A stretch of 64,000 bases of DNA. Source: an uncultured virus (IMG/VR IMGVR_UViG_3300031555_002574). Lineage: Duplodnaviria; Heunggongvirae; Uroviricota; Caudoviricetes. The notes under the pieces were generated by a model. The model was not told the DNA's origin and did not search any database. It was given only the letters and a program-made list of their open reading frames with translations. Below are positions 9,241-18,826 of this stretch, in pieces. Position numbers and translations under genes: made by a program. Within the stretch, counting starts at the first letter, position 1. The number at the start of each line of letters is the position of its first letter. The stretch is from the IMG/VR virus record IMGVR_UViG_3300031555_002574; one strand, 5' to 3'.

Positions 9241-11526
9241 CTATATCTCATAACTTGTTTCATTAAATTCTTTCTTAAACTTCTCAAATAGTTCTTTTCT
9301 TAGTTCTTCATATTCATCCATAGTTCCTATAAATATTTCTTCTTCGAAATATTTATCAACTTTATATTCAACTAATAATTCTATATATTTCTCATCCGTT
9401 ACTAATACTTTCTCTCCATCAGGTAATTCCCTTTCATGAAGATCGTTATCTATACAATCGAATATTATTTCTTTAATAGTTTCAGATTGTTGTAATTTAT
9501 AACCCATAGTTTTAAGGTATGCATTGAATACCTCAATGTTTCTATTAATTATCTTATCATCATCTCTTAATCTATCAACCATCCCTTGTTTTAATAATTG
9601 TACAGGTAAATCATGAGTTCCTTCAATTGAGTTTCTGTAACTCATACTCATCTTAGCTAAATCATATGGGTCCATTCCTATTAATAAGTTTAGAACTTCA
9701 TCAAGACCTAATCTACATGGAGTTTTACTATATAATATTTTATTTTCTTTAGCTTGAGCATCTTTAACAGGAACACCTATTAAGTTAACACCTCCAACGG
9801 ATCTTGTACTTAAACCTTTAGATGCTGTTTGTTTTAATCTTATAATATACATTTCCCCAACTATAAGATTATTCATTATTGGTCTATATCTTCCATTCTT
9901 TTTAATATATGCTTTGTAAGGAGTTAACCAATCATACTTGTCATATATTTCAGATAAAACATCAAATAATGGTCTCTCATGCCAGAATGGAGGAATGTGT
10001 ACAAATATTCCTCTTTCATAAACATCTTGAATAAATTCTTCTCTACCATCAGCATCTAATTGTGTATACATTTCACCCATTTCTTTTGCTTGTCTTGTAT
10101 TAAAATGACTTATCATTGTGAATATGACTTTAGCTCTCTGATCATTAGTTTCTAATGTTTTAATTCTGTCTATAGTTCTATTCATTATGAAATTTATAGA
10201 CTGTTCAAATAATTGGAATGAGTTAAGTCTGTTGATAACCCCAAGACAGTTAAATAGAACATCTACAACTTTTCCATTTTCTAATACAGGCATTTCATCA
10301 TCCGGAACTATCTTAGATATAACACCTTTGTTACCAAATAACCCTGTTATCTTACTTCCTTCTTTTAATGGAACTTCTCTTTCAACTGTAAATTCTATTA
10401 TGATATTACTGAATGGTTTCTTACCTTGCTGCTCACTCCATTTAACATTTTCATTTAATATATCTTTACTTTTCTTATACATATAATTGAAGTTTCTACT
10501 ATGATCTTTATTATCCATTACTATATCTTCAGTTGCTTCTTTCATTTCTTTATAGAATCTTTGTTCATTTATAAAATACTTATTAACTTGAGCATGATAT
10601 TCGTTCATTTCCATTTCTTCTAATGGTTTATTAGAATATACTCTTATATCTATTATCTTACCTCCATAACCATGTTCTATGCATAAAACATCTTCTCCAA
10701 AGTTTATCTTTCTTAAATTTGTTTCTTTAAAATCATAGAATATTTGTTCATTATTAATTCTTCGAGTTGCACATATAATTGCATCATTTATATATTCTCC
10801 AACATCTGGAAAACATTTATAATTATTTTCATCTCCATATAAGTTTAATAGAACGTCGTTGTCATTTATTGATACTTTAATATTCTCAACTTCAACACAT
10901 CTAAAACTATCTGCAAATGATTCACTTACTAAAATAGCATCTTCTGTAGTTCTTACATCAGATGTATAACAGAATGTTGCATTAACTCCAAATCTATAGT
11001 TATTATATTCATCATACGAAGTTGATTTATATAATACTGAATCTTTTGGAATTAAATCTCCAACTTGAAGTTTATCTAAATCACTTGTATTATATCTAAA
11101 TCCAAATTTTTCTGTTAAATCTTCTACTAATTTCTTTTGTATTACATCATAATAACCAGTTGCTTCATCTTTAACTATTAACGTATAAAGATGATTACCC
11201 TCTTCAAATTTATATATTTTATCAACTATTCTCCATTCTCTTTTAGCTCTTTGGATTCCTGTTGAATTTTTTCCTACCATGTTTTCATATTCTGTAAATA
11301 CTTTTGGGAATTGAGGATTAATAGGTGTCATTGCTTGTTTAAGATGTCCTGTTGTCATTATCCCCCTATTCCCTGATATATATCCTATTCTTGTTAAAGC
11401 TGTCATTCCAAAGATATCATCTCTACCATAAAACTTTTCTTCTAGTTTTTGTAATTCTTCTTTTAAGAATGCATTATCTGCATTAAATTTAACATTTACT
11501 TGTTCTTGTTTTTTCTCTCTAGCCAT
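9241..11526 (-). CDS. phage multisubunit RNA polymerase beta subunit, C-terminal half (probably non-virion RNAP)
   Basis: EDAILVSESFA, GSKITGLFGNKGVISKIVPDDEMP, DVLFNCLGVINRLN and VGEMYIIRL match conserved RpoB C-terminal regions. Confidence 0.92.
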   Translation of the reverse strand: MAREKKQEQVNVKFNADNAFLKEELQKLEEKFYGRDDIFGMTALTRIGYISGNRGIMTTGHLKQAMTPINPQFPKVFTEYENMVGKNSTGIQRAKREWRIVDKIYKFEEGNHLYTLIVKDEATGYYDVIQKKLVEDLTEKFGFRYNTSDLDKLQVGDLIPKDSVLYKSTSYDEYNNYRFGVNATFCYTSDVRTTEDAILVSESFADSFRCVEVENIKVSINDNDVLLNLYGDENNYKCFPDVGEYINDAIICATRRINNEQIFYDFKETNLRKINFGEDVLCIEHGYGGKIIDIRVYSNKPLEEMEMNEYHAQVNKYFINEQRFYKEMKEATEDIVMDNKDHSRNFNYMYKKSKDILNENVKWSEQQGKKPFSNIIIEFTVEREVPLKEGSKITGLFGNKGVISKIVPDDEMPVLENGKVVDVLFNCLGVINRLNSFQLFEQSINFIMNRTIDRIKTLETNDQRAKVIFTMISHFNTRQAKEMGEMYTQLDADGREEFIQDVYERGIFVHIPPFWHERPLFDVLSEIYDKYDWLTPYKAYIKKNGRYRPIMNNLIVGEMYIIRLKQTASKGLSTRSVGGVNLIGVPVKDAQAKENKILYSKTPCRLGLDEVLNLLIGMDPYDLAKMSMSYRNSIEGTHDLPVQLLKQGMVDRLRDDDKIINRNIEVFNAYLKTMGYKLQQSETIKEIIFDCIDNDLHERELPDGEKVLVTDEKYIELLVEYKVDKYFEEEIFIGTMDEYEELRKELFEKFKKEFNETSYEI

Positions 11527-11576
11527 AATATCTACCTCCTAAATTATTATTCATATTTATAATATATAATTAAAAT

Positions 11577-12095
11577 TTATACATTATACGCTTGGAATAA
11601 TGTTACTGCATAATATAGAAATGCTTCTATAGGTATATATCCACAATAGAAACTATCTGGATCTATTGGTATATCTTTTTGCATAAACATTGTATTACTT
11701 CTTCGTTTTAGAAATTCTTTTATAACATAATGTTCAGACGTGCTTATAAATCTTAAAACATAACCTATATAATCAAATTCGTCTATTGTGTATAATAACC
11801 ATGTCATTTTAAGTTCTCTATATAAATCCTTCGCTATTCCTCTAAACGAAGACTGATAAGGTAATACATTGTAACAATATTTATTTCTAATTTCATCAAT
11901 TTGTCTATCAATTTTCATATAATACATAACTGCTCGTTTTTTATCTTCATTGTCCATTGCTTTTTTCATTTCTTTAACCCAATCCTCATTAACTTCATCT
12001 ATTATAAAATGATTGTACTTATAAGATTTCGTACAATATTCATAAAGCATTTCACATCTGTTATATATACTGTCAATTGATATTTTTTGGTTCAT
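11577..12095 (-). CDS. hypothetical protein
   Basis: 172 aa ORF with GGGAG RBS. Confidence 0.55.
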   Translation of the reverse strand: MNQKISIDSIYNRCEMLYEYCTKSYKYNHFIIDEVNEDWVKEMKKAMDNEDKKRAVMYYMKIDRQIDEIRNKYCYNVLPYQSSFRGIAKDLYRELKMTWLLYTIDEFDYIGYVLRFISTSEHYVIKEFLKRRSNTMFMQKDIPIDPDSFYCGYIPIEAFLYYAVTLFQAYNV

Positions 12096-12196
12096 AATAT
12101 TCTCTCCCTATTTATATTATTTTAAACGGTGCTAATAATACTTCTGGTTTAATTTTAGATGGGAACGGATCTGAAAACTCCGCTCCCATCTTTCTC

Positions 12197-12532
12197 CTAA
12201 CATTGTAATTCAAATACTGTAAACATATCATCGTCTGGATCTGGATAAGTTATTGCTCCTAATTCAACCCAATATTCTGGATCACCACAACAGCAGCCTA
12301 TCGGTCCTGCTAAACCTGTTAATTTCTTTCCAGGGAACATAGATTTTAATATATCAACAGCTTCTGCAAAATTTTCGAATTGTTTGTAACCACATTCAAA
12401 TGATAAAACGTCAATCCAAACTTCATCTTCTCCTTCTTCGTATCTAACTGCTCCAACTTCTTCTTTATCTATTAATATTCTATATACACGTCCTAACCAC
12501 GCGTTATAATAACTTTCACCAAATATCATCAT
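12197..12532 (-). CDS. degenerate GNAT-fold protein
   Basis: Aligns with the two adjacent GNATs (VG...W.ELGA...DPDDD) but lacks the RRxG motif A. Confidence 0.55.
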   Translation of the reverse strand: MMIFGESYYNAWLGRVYRILIDKEEVGAVRYEEGEDEVWIDVLSFECGYKQFENFAEAVDILKSMFPGKKLTGLAGPIGCCCGDPEYWVELGAITYPDPDDDMFTVFELQC

Positions 12533-12544
12533 ACATACAACCTC

Positions 12545-12856
12545 CTAATAATTTTTTAATATAAATGGTGTTAATGTTACATCATCATTTTCAAATGGTT
12601 CGTAGAATTGTACATTTAACGACTTCCAAAATTCTAATGCTTCAGGTAAAGAATCACCTGTTATCAAATTAGTTCTACTCTTTAACATATTAACAACCCT
12701 TGTTCCTATTCCCATACGTCTATACTCTTTATGAATCTTTATATATTTTATTTCTATTTCATCACCGTAGTCAACATATTCTAATATGCCGACTACTTCA
12801 TGGTTTATATAGATATAATATCTATCTTTAATGGTGTTCATAGAAACAAATTCCAT
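12545..12856 (-). CDS. GNAT family acetyltransferase
   Basis: Motif A EYRRMGIG; ALEFWKSL. Confidence 0.85.
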   Translation of the reverse strand: MEFVSMNTIKDRYYIYINHEVVGILEYVDYGDEIEIKYIKIHKEYRRMGIGTRVVNMLKSRTNLITGDSLPEALEFWKSLNVQFYEPFENDDVTLTPFILKNY

Positions 12857-12866
12857 ACCATACCTC

Positions 12867-13208
12867 CTAACATTCTATGTGAAATGGTGTTAAATAATCT
12901 TCATCTGGGTCTTCATCAAATTCAGCACCCATACTTTCCCAGAATCTTAATGCATCTGGAACTGCATCACCATACATATACTTACCTTTATGATTGTTCT
13001 TTAATATGTTTATTACTTCTCTTGCTATACCTAATCTTCTATATTCATCACTTACTGTTATATACATAATCTTGATGTAATTATGTCCTGTATAGAAATC
13101 TATTATTCCTACTAATTTATCATTATATGTTATTGCTCTTGAATTAGGAGTTGTTATTCCCATTGTACCTAATATTCTTTCATCTAAATCATTAACTATT
13201 TTTACCAT
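12867..13208 (-). CDS. GNAT family acetyltransferase
   Basis: Motif A EYRRLGIA; ALRFWESMG. Confidence 0.85.
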   Translation of the reverse strand: MVKIVNDLDERILGTMGITTPNSRAITYNDKLVGIIDFYTGHNYIKIMYITVSDEYRRLGIAREVINILKNNHKGKYMYGDAVPDALRFWESMGAEFDEDPDEDYLTPFHIEC

Positions 13209-13240
13209 AAAATCTCCTCCAATTATATTTTATTTCACTG

Positions 13241-13274
13241 TTATAATATATAATTGAAATATTACCTTTTTACA
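13241..13274 (-). promoter_or_regulatory. early-type phage promoter
   Basis: TGTAAAAAGGTAATATTTCAATTATATATTATAA on the minus strand. Confidence 0.7.
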
Positions 13275-13284
13275 ATACGAAATA

Positions 13285-13308
13285 GACGGATGAACTTAAT
13301 CATCCGTC
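13285..13308 (-). terminator. intrinsic terminator after the recombinase gene
   Basis: GACGGATGA-loop-TCATCCGTC inverted repeat followed by a short T-rich tail on the minus strand. Confidence 0.55.
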
Positions 13309-13314
13309 ATATTA

Positions 13315-14607
13315 TTAGTCTTCATCCATTATTCTTTTTAACATATCTTCATTTACACCTTCATTATTTTCCATTTCTTTTTCTTCGTCTTTACCTACTC
13401 TAGATAACATATTTTCTAAATGAGGATAAACCCATTTGTCAAACATCTCTCTAACTTCTTCTCTATTTTGATATTCGTTTACTATATCTTTTTCATTGAA
13501 TTTAACACTATCATCATCCCCAAGATATCTAGCTGCTATTCTTGATCCATTTATTAATCCTAAATCTCTTGCGTATTCTAATAATGTTCTTTCCTTACTA
13601 AATCCATGATCTTGGTCATATATCATTGGAACTTTTGCTCCAGATATATTCGTTCTTGATTTTATTATTTCAGCATTTATTCTAAATCCTGAATATCCAT
13701 CTTCTTCTACCGTACATTTAGAACTTCCTACTGCAACATGTTTTATTAATGTATTAGCAAAATATATTGGAGCGTTTCCTCCAGGTAAGCTTTCATCTTG
13801 TTTTAAATATAAAACTTGTGCTTGTGATTTTGCAAATGGATTTATTTCTATCTTTTGATTTATATGGTTAATACTTATTATAGTTACATTAAATTCTTTT
13901 ATTATTGGTATTAATCTACTAAAGAATTGCTTTAATGCTCTTGCAACCCTCATTGCATATGTTTGACCTTCTATCTCTTGGTCTTCAACATAATAGTCTT
14001 CTTGACCTGAACCTTTCTTAGCTTTAACTTTCTTTTGATCAGGTCTAGTTGCTAATACTGGTATCGAATCTATTATGAACACTGTTGGTTCATATAATGT
14101 TATCGGTTGACCGAATTCATCTTTAAAATCAGTTGTATATTGATACATCTTTTTATTTTTTTGCTTTTCATTTGCTATATCCATAATTGTATCAAATATA
14201 TCTTCGATATATGAACGTGAAGATTTTAATACATAATGATCCATATATTCAGCATTTGATAATCCTGTTACATTCATAACCCTTGTTGGGTTTAATGCTT
14301 GTTCTAAATCATAATGTAAAACGAAACTTGATTTATGATTTCTAACTATTTCTGCTCCCATTTTACATGCTATCGCTGTTTTTGCAGTTCCTGATTTTCC
14401 TATGATAGTTATAAAACTACCACCTACTAATCCTAAACAATCATGTGTTCCTGTAACTGCTCCATATTGATCTTTAGATACTAATGTATATCCTAATTGA
14501 TAATCTAATGTCGGTATTCCTGTTGGATAGCACACCATTGCTGGTGATGCATTAAATAAACCTTCTTTATCATTCTCTCTTAAAGCACTTAATAAAGGAT
14601 TTGCCAT
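13315..14607 (-). CDS. uvsX: UvsX/RecA-like recombinase
   Basis: Walker A-like GKSGTAKT, YDLEQAL, Walker B FIIDSIP, INHINQKI and PGGNAP. Confidence 0.85.
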   Translation of the reverse strand: MANPLLSALRENDKEGLFNASPAMVCYPTGIPTLDYQLGYTLVSKDQYGAVTGTHDCLGLVGGSFITIIGKSGTAKTAIACKMGAEIVRNHKSSFVLHYDLEQALNPTRVMNVTGLSNAEYMDHYVLKSSRSYIEDIFDTIMDIANEKQKNKKMYQYTTDFKDEFGQPITLYEPTVFIIDSIPVLATRPDQKKVKAKKGSGQEDYYVEDQEIEGQTYAMRVARALKQFFSRLIPIIKEFNVTIISINHINQKIEINPFAKSQAQVLYLKQDESLPGGNAPIYFANTLIKHVAVGSSKCTVEEDGYSGFRINAEIIKSRTNISGAKVPMIYDQDHGFSKERTLLEYARDLGLINGSRIAARYLGDDDSVKFNEKDIVNEYQNREEVREMFDKWVYPHLENMLSRVGKDEEKEMENNEGVNEDMLKRIMDED

Positions 14608-14664
14608 AAATAATTACCTCCTATTTATATCATAATAAATATTTGTTATATTCAATATTATTTT

Positions 14665-15081
14665 CTATCTATCTCTAACTGTACAAAATATATAAACTCT
14701 CATAACTTCTAATAAAGTCATTTTATCATTAAGATATGATATTAATTCATACTCATCATTATCATCACACATTCTTGAAGAATCATGAATCATTATAACA
14801 ACTGGATCATAGTAAATCCCTTGTGTATAGAATTCATTGTATATTAAACTAAGTTGTTCTTCTAATTCTTCTAAAGTATAGTTATTATATTCTGAATAGG
14901 TGCTAAAATTTATAGGATATGATAAATCATCAATCGTTATTTTATAATCCCCTGAAAGATTAATATATACTAATACTATACCCTCTTCAGCATCCAATCC
15001 TATTCTATATGCTTTATTAAACATTTCAATTAAAACATCTACTTCATCATCTCTACAAAAATACGATACTGTTGCGTTCAT
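14665..15081 (-). CDS. hypothetical protein
   Basis: 138 aa acidic ORF with GAGGTG RBS. Confidence 0.6.
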   Translation of the reverse strand: MNATVSYFCRDDEVDVLIEMFNKAYRIGLDAEEGIVLVYINLSGDYKITIDDLSYPINFSTYSEYNNYTLEELEEQLSLIYNEFYTQGIYYDPVVIMIHDSSRMCDDNDEYELISYLNDKMTLLEVMRVYIFCTVRDR

Positions 15082-15128
15082 TTAATCACCTCATATAAAA
15101 ATAAAATAAGGAGACTAGTCTCCTTATT

Positions 15129-15305
15129 TTATAGTAATGAAAGTCCGAAACTTATTTCTAAAATTAACAATATCAATGCCAATGTTATCATGAATCTTTC
15201 TTTATCTTTAAAGGCATTGAACAATAACAAAAGCGTTAAACCTATTCCCACAAAATATATAACAACAAATATACCTAACATTATTAATATGTGTGTAGGA
15301 ATCAT
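15129..15305 (-). CDS. small two-TM membrane protein (58 aa, below the ORF track cutoff)
   Basis: MIPTHILIMLGIFVVIYFVGIGLTLLLLF...; AAGGAG RBS; TAATG overlap with the upstream stop. Confidence 0.6.
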   Translation of the reverse strand: MIPTHILIMLGIFVVIYFVGIGLTLLLLFNAFKDKERFMITLALILLILEISFGLSLL

Positions 15306-16034
15306 TATACCATCTCCTTATTTTCAGATTTTTCTAAAGACTTTTTTGTATAACTCTCCACTACAAAATGTTGGAATATTGTTACAAATAAATATCCTAT
15401 AATAACTGCCGCACAACATAAATATGGGGGAATATTTATTCCTATCATCAATAATTGTACGGGCATTCTAGTTGTTGATGTATAATTCGTTCCAAATATA
15501 AAATTAATTATTGTGTTAAATATTAATAATAATGTTGTTATAACACAGCATGTCTTCACATCAGATTTAGTTGAACCTATTTTCTTAACGAATAAATAGT
15601 TGCCTGACATTAATAAGATATAAACATGTAATAATATAGTTGTTATTTGTAATATATGAGGGAAAGGGTATTTAAACATTGTTGGGAATAATAATCCTGC
15701 TATACCTCCATAGAATCCCCAATAACTACCCAATTTCAAACAGAATTTATTATTAAAGAATATCTATTGTAAATAAATATAATACTATTCTACATGTGTA
15801 TAATGGCAACGCCAATCCCCAAAAACTTTCAGGTCCTACTATATACCAACCGTATAAACTTAATTGGAATATCCATAATACAATTGTAGCTACTTTTTCA
15901 ACGGTCTTGTTTTCTAATTGATGTTTAACTATATAATTTAAACATGTAAAACTTACTATCAATAAAAGATGATGCCATGTTGTAAATGTTTGTAATCCTT
16001 CTCCGTTAACAAAACTGAATAAGGTATTAAACAT
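15305..16034 (-). pseudogene. YwaF/TMEM164-like integral membrane protein split by a frameshift
   Basis: N-part LPLYTCRI (15753-16034) and C-part WGFYGGIAGLLFP/FPHI/LLHV (15305-15739) are out of frame by 1 nt near 15755-15766. Confidence 0.65.
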
Positions 16035-16123
16035 TAAGCATTACCTCCCTATTTTTATATTAAATTCTAAATATTTGTTATTGTTGACATGAAAAATGAT
16101 AAGAGGAAAATTCCTCTTATCAA

Positions 16124-16345
16124 TTAATGTCTCCAAACTATTCTTCCTGTTGTTAAGTCATATACCGATATTTCAAAATCTACTTTATCGTTTTCCACTA
16201 AAGTTATTTTATTTTGTCTTAACTTTCCTGATAATGTACATGTTGCTGTAACATCCACCTCATCTGCTTTTACTATAAATTTTGCACCTGGTAAGCATTT
16301 TATTATTGTACCTGTCAATTTCATTAAATCTTTATTCTTTGCCAT
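16124..16345 (-). CDS. infA: translation initiation factor IF-1
   Basis: GTIIKCLPGAKF, LSGKLRQNKI, DKVDFEISVYDLTTGRIVWR. Confidence 0.93.
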   Translation of the reverse strand: MAKNKDLMKLTGTIIKCLPGAKFIVKADEVDVTATCTLSGKLRQNKITLVENDKVDFEISVYDLTTGRIVWRH

Positions 16346-16357
16346 AATTCAACTCCT

Positions 16358-16495
16358 TTAATATTTCTTCACGTATAATTGTTTCTTGCTAAATAACTTT
16401 TTAATTTTATATATAACCTTATCTAAAAAATAAAGCTTACTAGGGTCGTATGTTACCGACCCTGTAGCTATTAAATATTTTCCTAAATTGTTCAT
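16358..16495 (-). CDS. small basic hypothetical protein (45 aa)
   Basis: AAGGAGG RBS; MNNLGKYLIATGSVTYDPSKLYFLDK...; contains an internal hairpin at 16442-16463. Confidence 0.4.
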   Translation of the reverse strand: MNNLGKYLIATGSVTYDPSKLYFLDKVIYKIKKLFSKKQLYVKKY

Positions 16496-16504
16496 ATTTC
16501 CTCC

Positions 16505-17419
16505 TTAGAATAAATGACTGAATTTTTGATTCTTAACTTTGAATTCCGTCATTCTTGTATAAGCTTGTTTCATTAATTCTGGGACTTTTGTATCTTTACT
16601 GTAAACTACAGCTTCTAATAATTTATAGTTTAGATATTTATCTATTAATGTTTCATTACCATGTGTTCTTTCATTAAATCTTACTATTGAATTACAAGCA
16701 GTTTGTAATGCTTTTGTTAATTTTTCTTCTGATAATAATCCTATTACTTTATATAAGAATGATTGTATTCTTGAAGCATATGGTTTAAATCTTGCATCTA
16801 TATCTTTTGCTAAATTTGTTTTACAACATGCAGATACAAATTCTTCAGGTTGTAATCCTGGAACAGCACTTGTTAATATAGCCATTAATACATTTTCATT
16901 AATTGCATTTACTGTATATTCTCTATGATATGCATTATATAATACTTCTGGTAAGTTTTCTAATATATTTTCAATTTCTTTACTTCTAAAGAATGGTGTA
17001 ACATCATAACTTCTAATTGTTTTAACTGCAGATATTAATATTGATATATCTGTTTCTTTATGTCCTGTTATATTCATTCCTAATTCAACTTCTCTTAATT
17101 TATATCCTAACATAAATGCCTCATGTTTTAATTCAGGATCATCTAAATAATGTGTTATCGTATATAATATATAAGCCATATCAAATTTTATTCTAGAATC
17201 ATCTGTTTGTATTAAAGCTGCTAATGTTTTAAAGAATTTATCTGATCTTAATAATTCGCATACTTCATTAAATTCTTTTTTAACTTTAAAGTTATATTGA
17301 TTATTCACAAAATAATCTATTATTACATCTTGATAATCAACTACTAATCTTTCTAATTCTTGCATTGTTAAATCATAACTCATTTCATTTACAAATCCTT
17401 TTATAGTTAAATTATTCAT
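16505..17419 (-). CDS. hypothetical protein
   Basis: 304 aa ORF with GGAGG RBS. Confidence 0.65.
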   Translation of the reverse strand: MNNLTIKGFVNEMSYDLTMQELERLVVDYQDVIIDYFVNNQYNFKVKKEFNEVCELLRSDKFFKTLAALIQTDDSRIKFDMAYILYTITHYLDDPELKHEAFMLGYKLREVELGMNITGHKETDISILISAVKTIRSYDVTPFFRSKEIENILENLPEVLYNAYHREYTVNAINENVLMAILTSAVPGLQPEEFVSACCKTNLAKDIDARFKPYASRIQSFLYKVIGLLSEEKLTKALQTACNSIVRFNERTHGNETLIDKYLNYKLLEAVVYSKDTKVPELMKQAYTRMTEFKVKNQKFSHLF

Positions 17420-17473
17420 ATAACTACCTCCTAATTATTTTATAATTTATTTTAATTTTTATTACTAACTATT

Positions 17474-18016
17474 TTAATGTTCTAATTCAAAATTTATCCA
17501 ATCATTGTCATCCCATGTAGACATATCATAAGGATCATACATATCATAATCGTCGTCATAATCAAATTCTTCATCTTCTTCAGCTTGTATTTTAGCTTCT
17601 TCTGCTTTTATTCTTTGTTCTATTATATATTGCGAGACTTCTTTTATTATTGAATAATCTCCTATATATTTTAACATTTCTTCATAATCTTCTAATTCTT
17701 TTCCATATAATAAGTCTCTCACTTGTTTAATTAATCTTTCACATTCATATTCATCTTCATTTAACATTCTATAACAAGTTTTATTATTTACTACGTTATC
17801 TTCAATATAAAATTCATTTTTTACTTTATCATATTTTACTACATGTTGATATTTATTAATAAGTCTCCATGCTTCTCCTTTTGTTTCACATTCAGGAATT
17901 TTATTAAATCCGTAATAAGCTCTTAATTTCTTAATAATGTTCTTTTGTTTATCTGTAGGTTTGTCACTATGATTTCCTTTAAATTGTTTTCCATATCCAT
18001 TTAAATTCTTTTTCAT
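17474..18016 (-). CDS. hypothetical protein with acidic tail
   Basis: The GGAGG RBS favours the start MKKNLNG at 18016; early-type promoter at about 18054-18087. Confidence 0.6.
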   Translation of the reverse strand: MKKNLNGYGKQFKGNHSDKPTDKQKNIIKKLRAYYGFNKIPECETKGEAWRLINKYQHVVKYDKVKNEFYIEDNVVNNKTCYRMLNEDEYECERLIKQVRDLLYGKELEDYEEMLKYIGDYSIIKEVSQYIIEQRIKAEEAKIQAEEDEEFDYDDDYDMYDPYDMSTWDDNDWINFELEH

Positions 18017-18092
18017 ATTATCAACCTCCAAATATATTTATTATATTTCATCTATATAATATAGCATTGAAATTATGCCTTTTTACAGTTCA

Positions 18093-18761
18093 TTATTCTG
18101 AAATGTAAAATACAATTAATCTACCATTTTTTATACTATAATCGCATGTGTACAAAGCAACTATATGACTATCATTATTATATTCAACACCATTAATGAA
18201 ATAATCACTATTTTGTTTTATCATTGTCACAGCATCAGATGTTTCCATATTGTCAATTTGTTTATAAAAGAAATTGTTATTTGTAACATAATAAGCAAAC
18301 GGCTTGAATGTTTTTGTATTTTCTGCCGTTTCTATAGTTAATACAGACTCTTTAAATCTTTGATGGTCTTTTTGAAAATAATGTAAATTATTAAACATTG
18401 TTCCATTTTTCATGCTATGTCCGTACAACATTGTATACTTACCATCAAAAGGTTCATCACTAGAGCAATAGAATATAGCTCCACTATTGCTTTCATTTCC
18501 TTGATAATCGTGATTGATATAAAAATTATTATCTGTATATGTCATAACAGGATAGTCTATAGCAGTTCCTTCCACTGTTATCCAATCATATCCATGTTCT
18601 TTTAAATAATCACTAGTATCATTTGATCGTGTTTTTTCGTTTTGTACGTCTTCATAAGTCTTCTTAGCTTTATAATATTCCCATTGCTTTTGACCAATTT
18701 CCCATGAACTTATAGATAATACTGCAATTAATATGACATTTATAACATTCTTCAATTTCAT
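18093..18761 (-). CDS. srtB: class B sortase
   Basis: N-terminal membrane anchor, IDYPV, YGHSMKNGTMF, catalytic LYTC and a downstream Arg (NGRLIV). Confidence 0.9.
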   Translation of the reverse strand: MKLKNVINVILIAVLSISSWEIGQKQWEYYKAKKTYEDVQNEKTRSNDTSDYLKEHGYDWITVEGTAIDYPVMTYTDNNFYINHDYQGNESNSGAIFYCSSDEPFDGKYTMLYGHSMKNGTMFNNLHYFQKDHQRFKESVLTIETAENTKTFKPFAYYVTNNNFFYKQIDNMETSDAVTMIKQNSDYFINGVEYNNDSHIVALYTCDYSIKNGRLIVFYISE

Positions 18762-18793
18762 AAATTATACCTCCTATAATAAAAATAAAAAAA

Positions 18794-18820
18794 TAGAGTG
18801 GAGAAAGATTCTCCACTCTA
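18794..18820. terminator. intrinsic terminator between the surface protein and sortase genes
   Basis: TAGAGTGGAGAA-loop-TTCTCCACTCTA flanked by A/T runs. Confidence 0.7.
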
Positions 18821-18826
18821 TTTTAC

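Noticed and set aside
15129..15305. Suspected third frameshift in the small membrane gene
   Set aside because: Recounting shows a continuous 58-aa frame from ATG 15305 to TAA 15129
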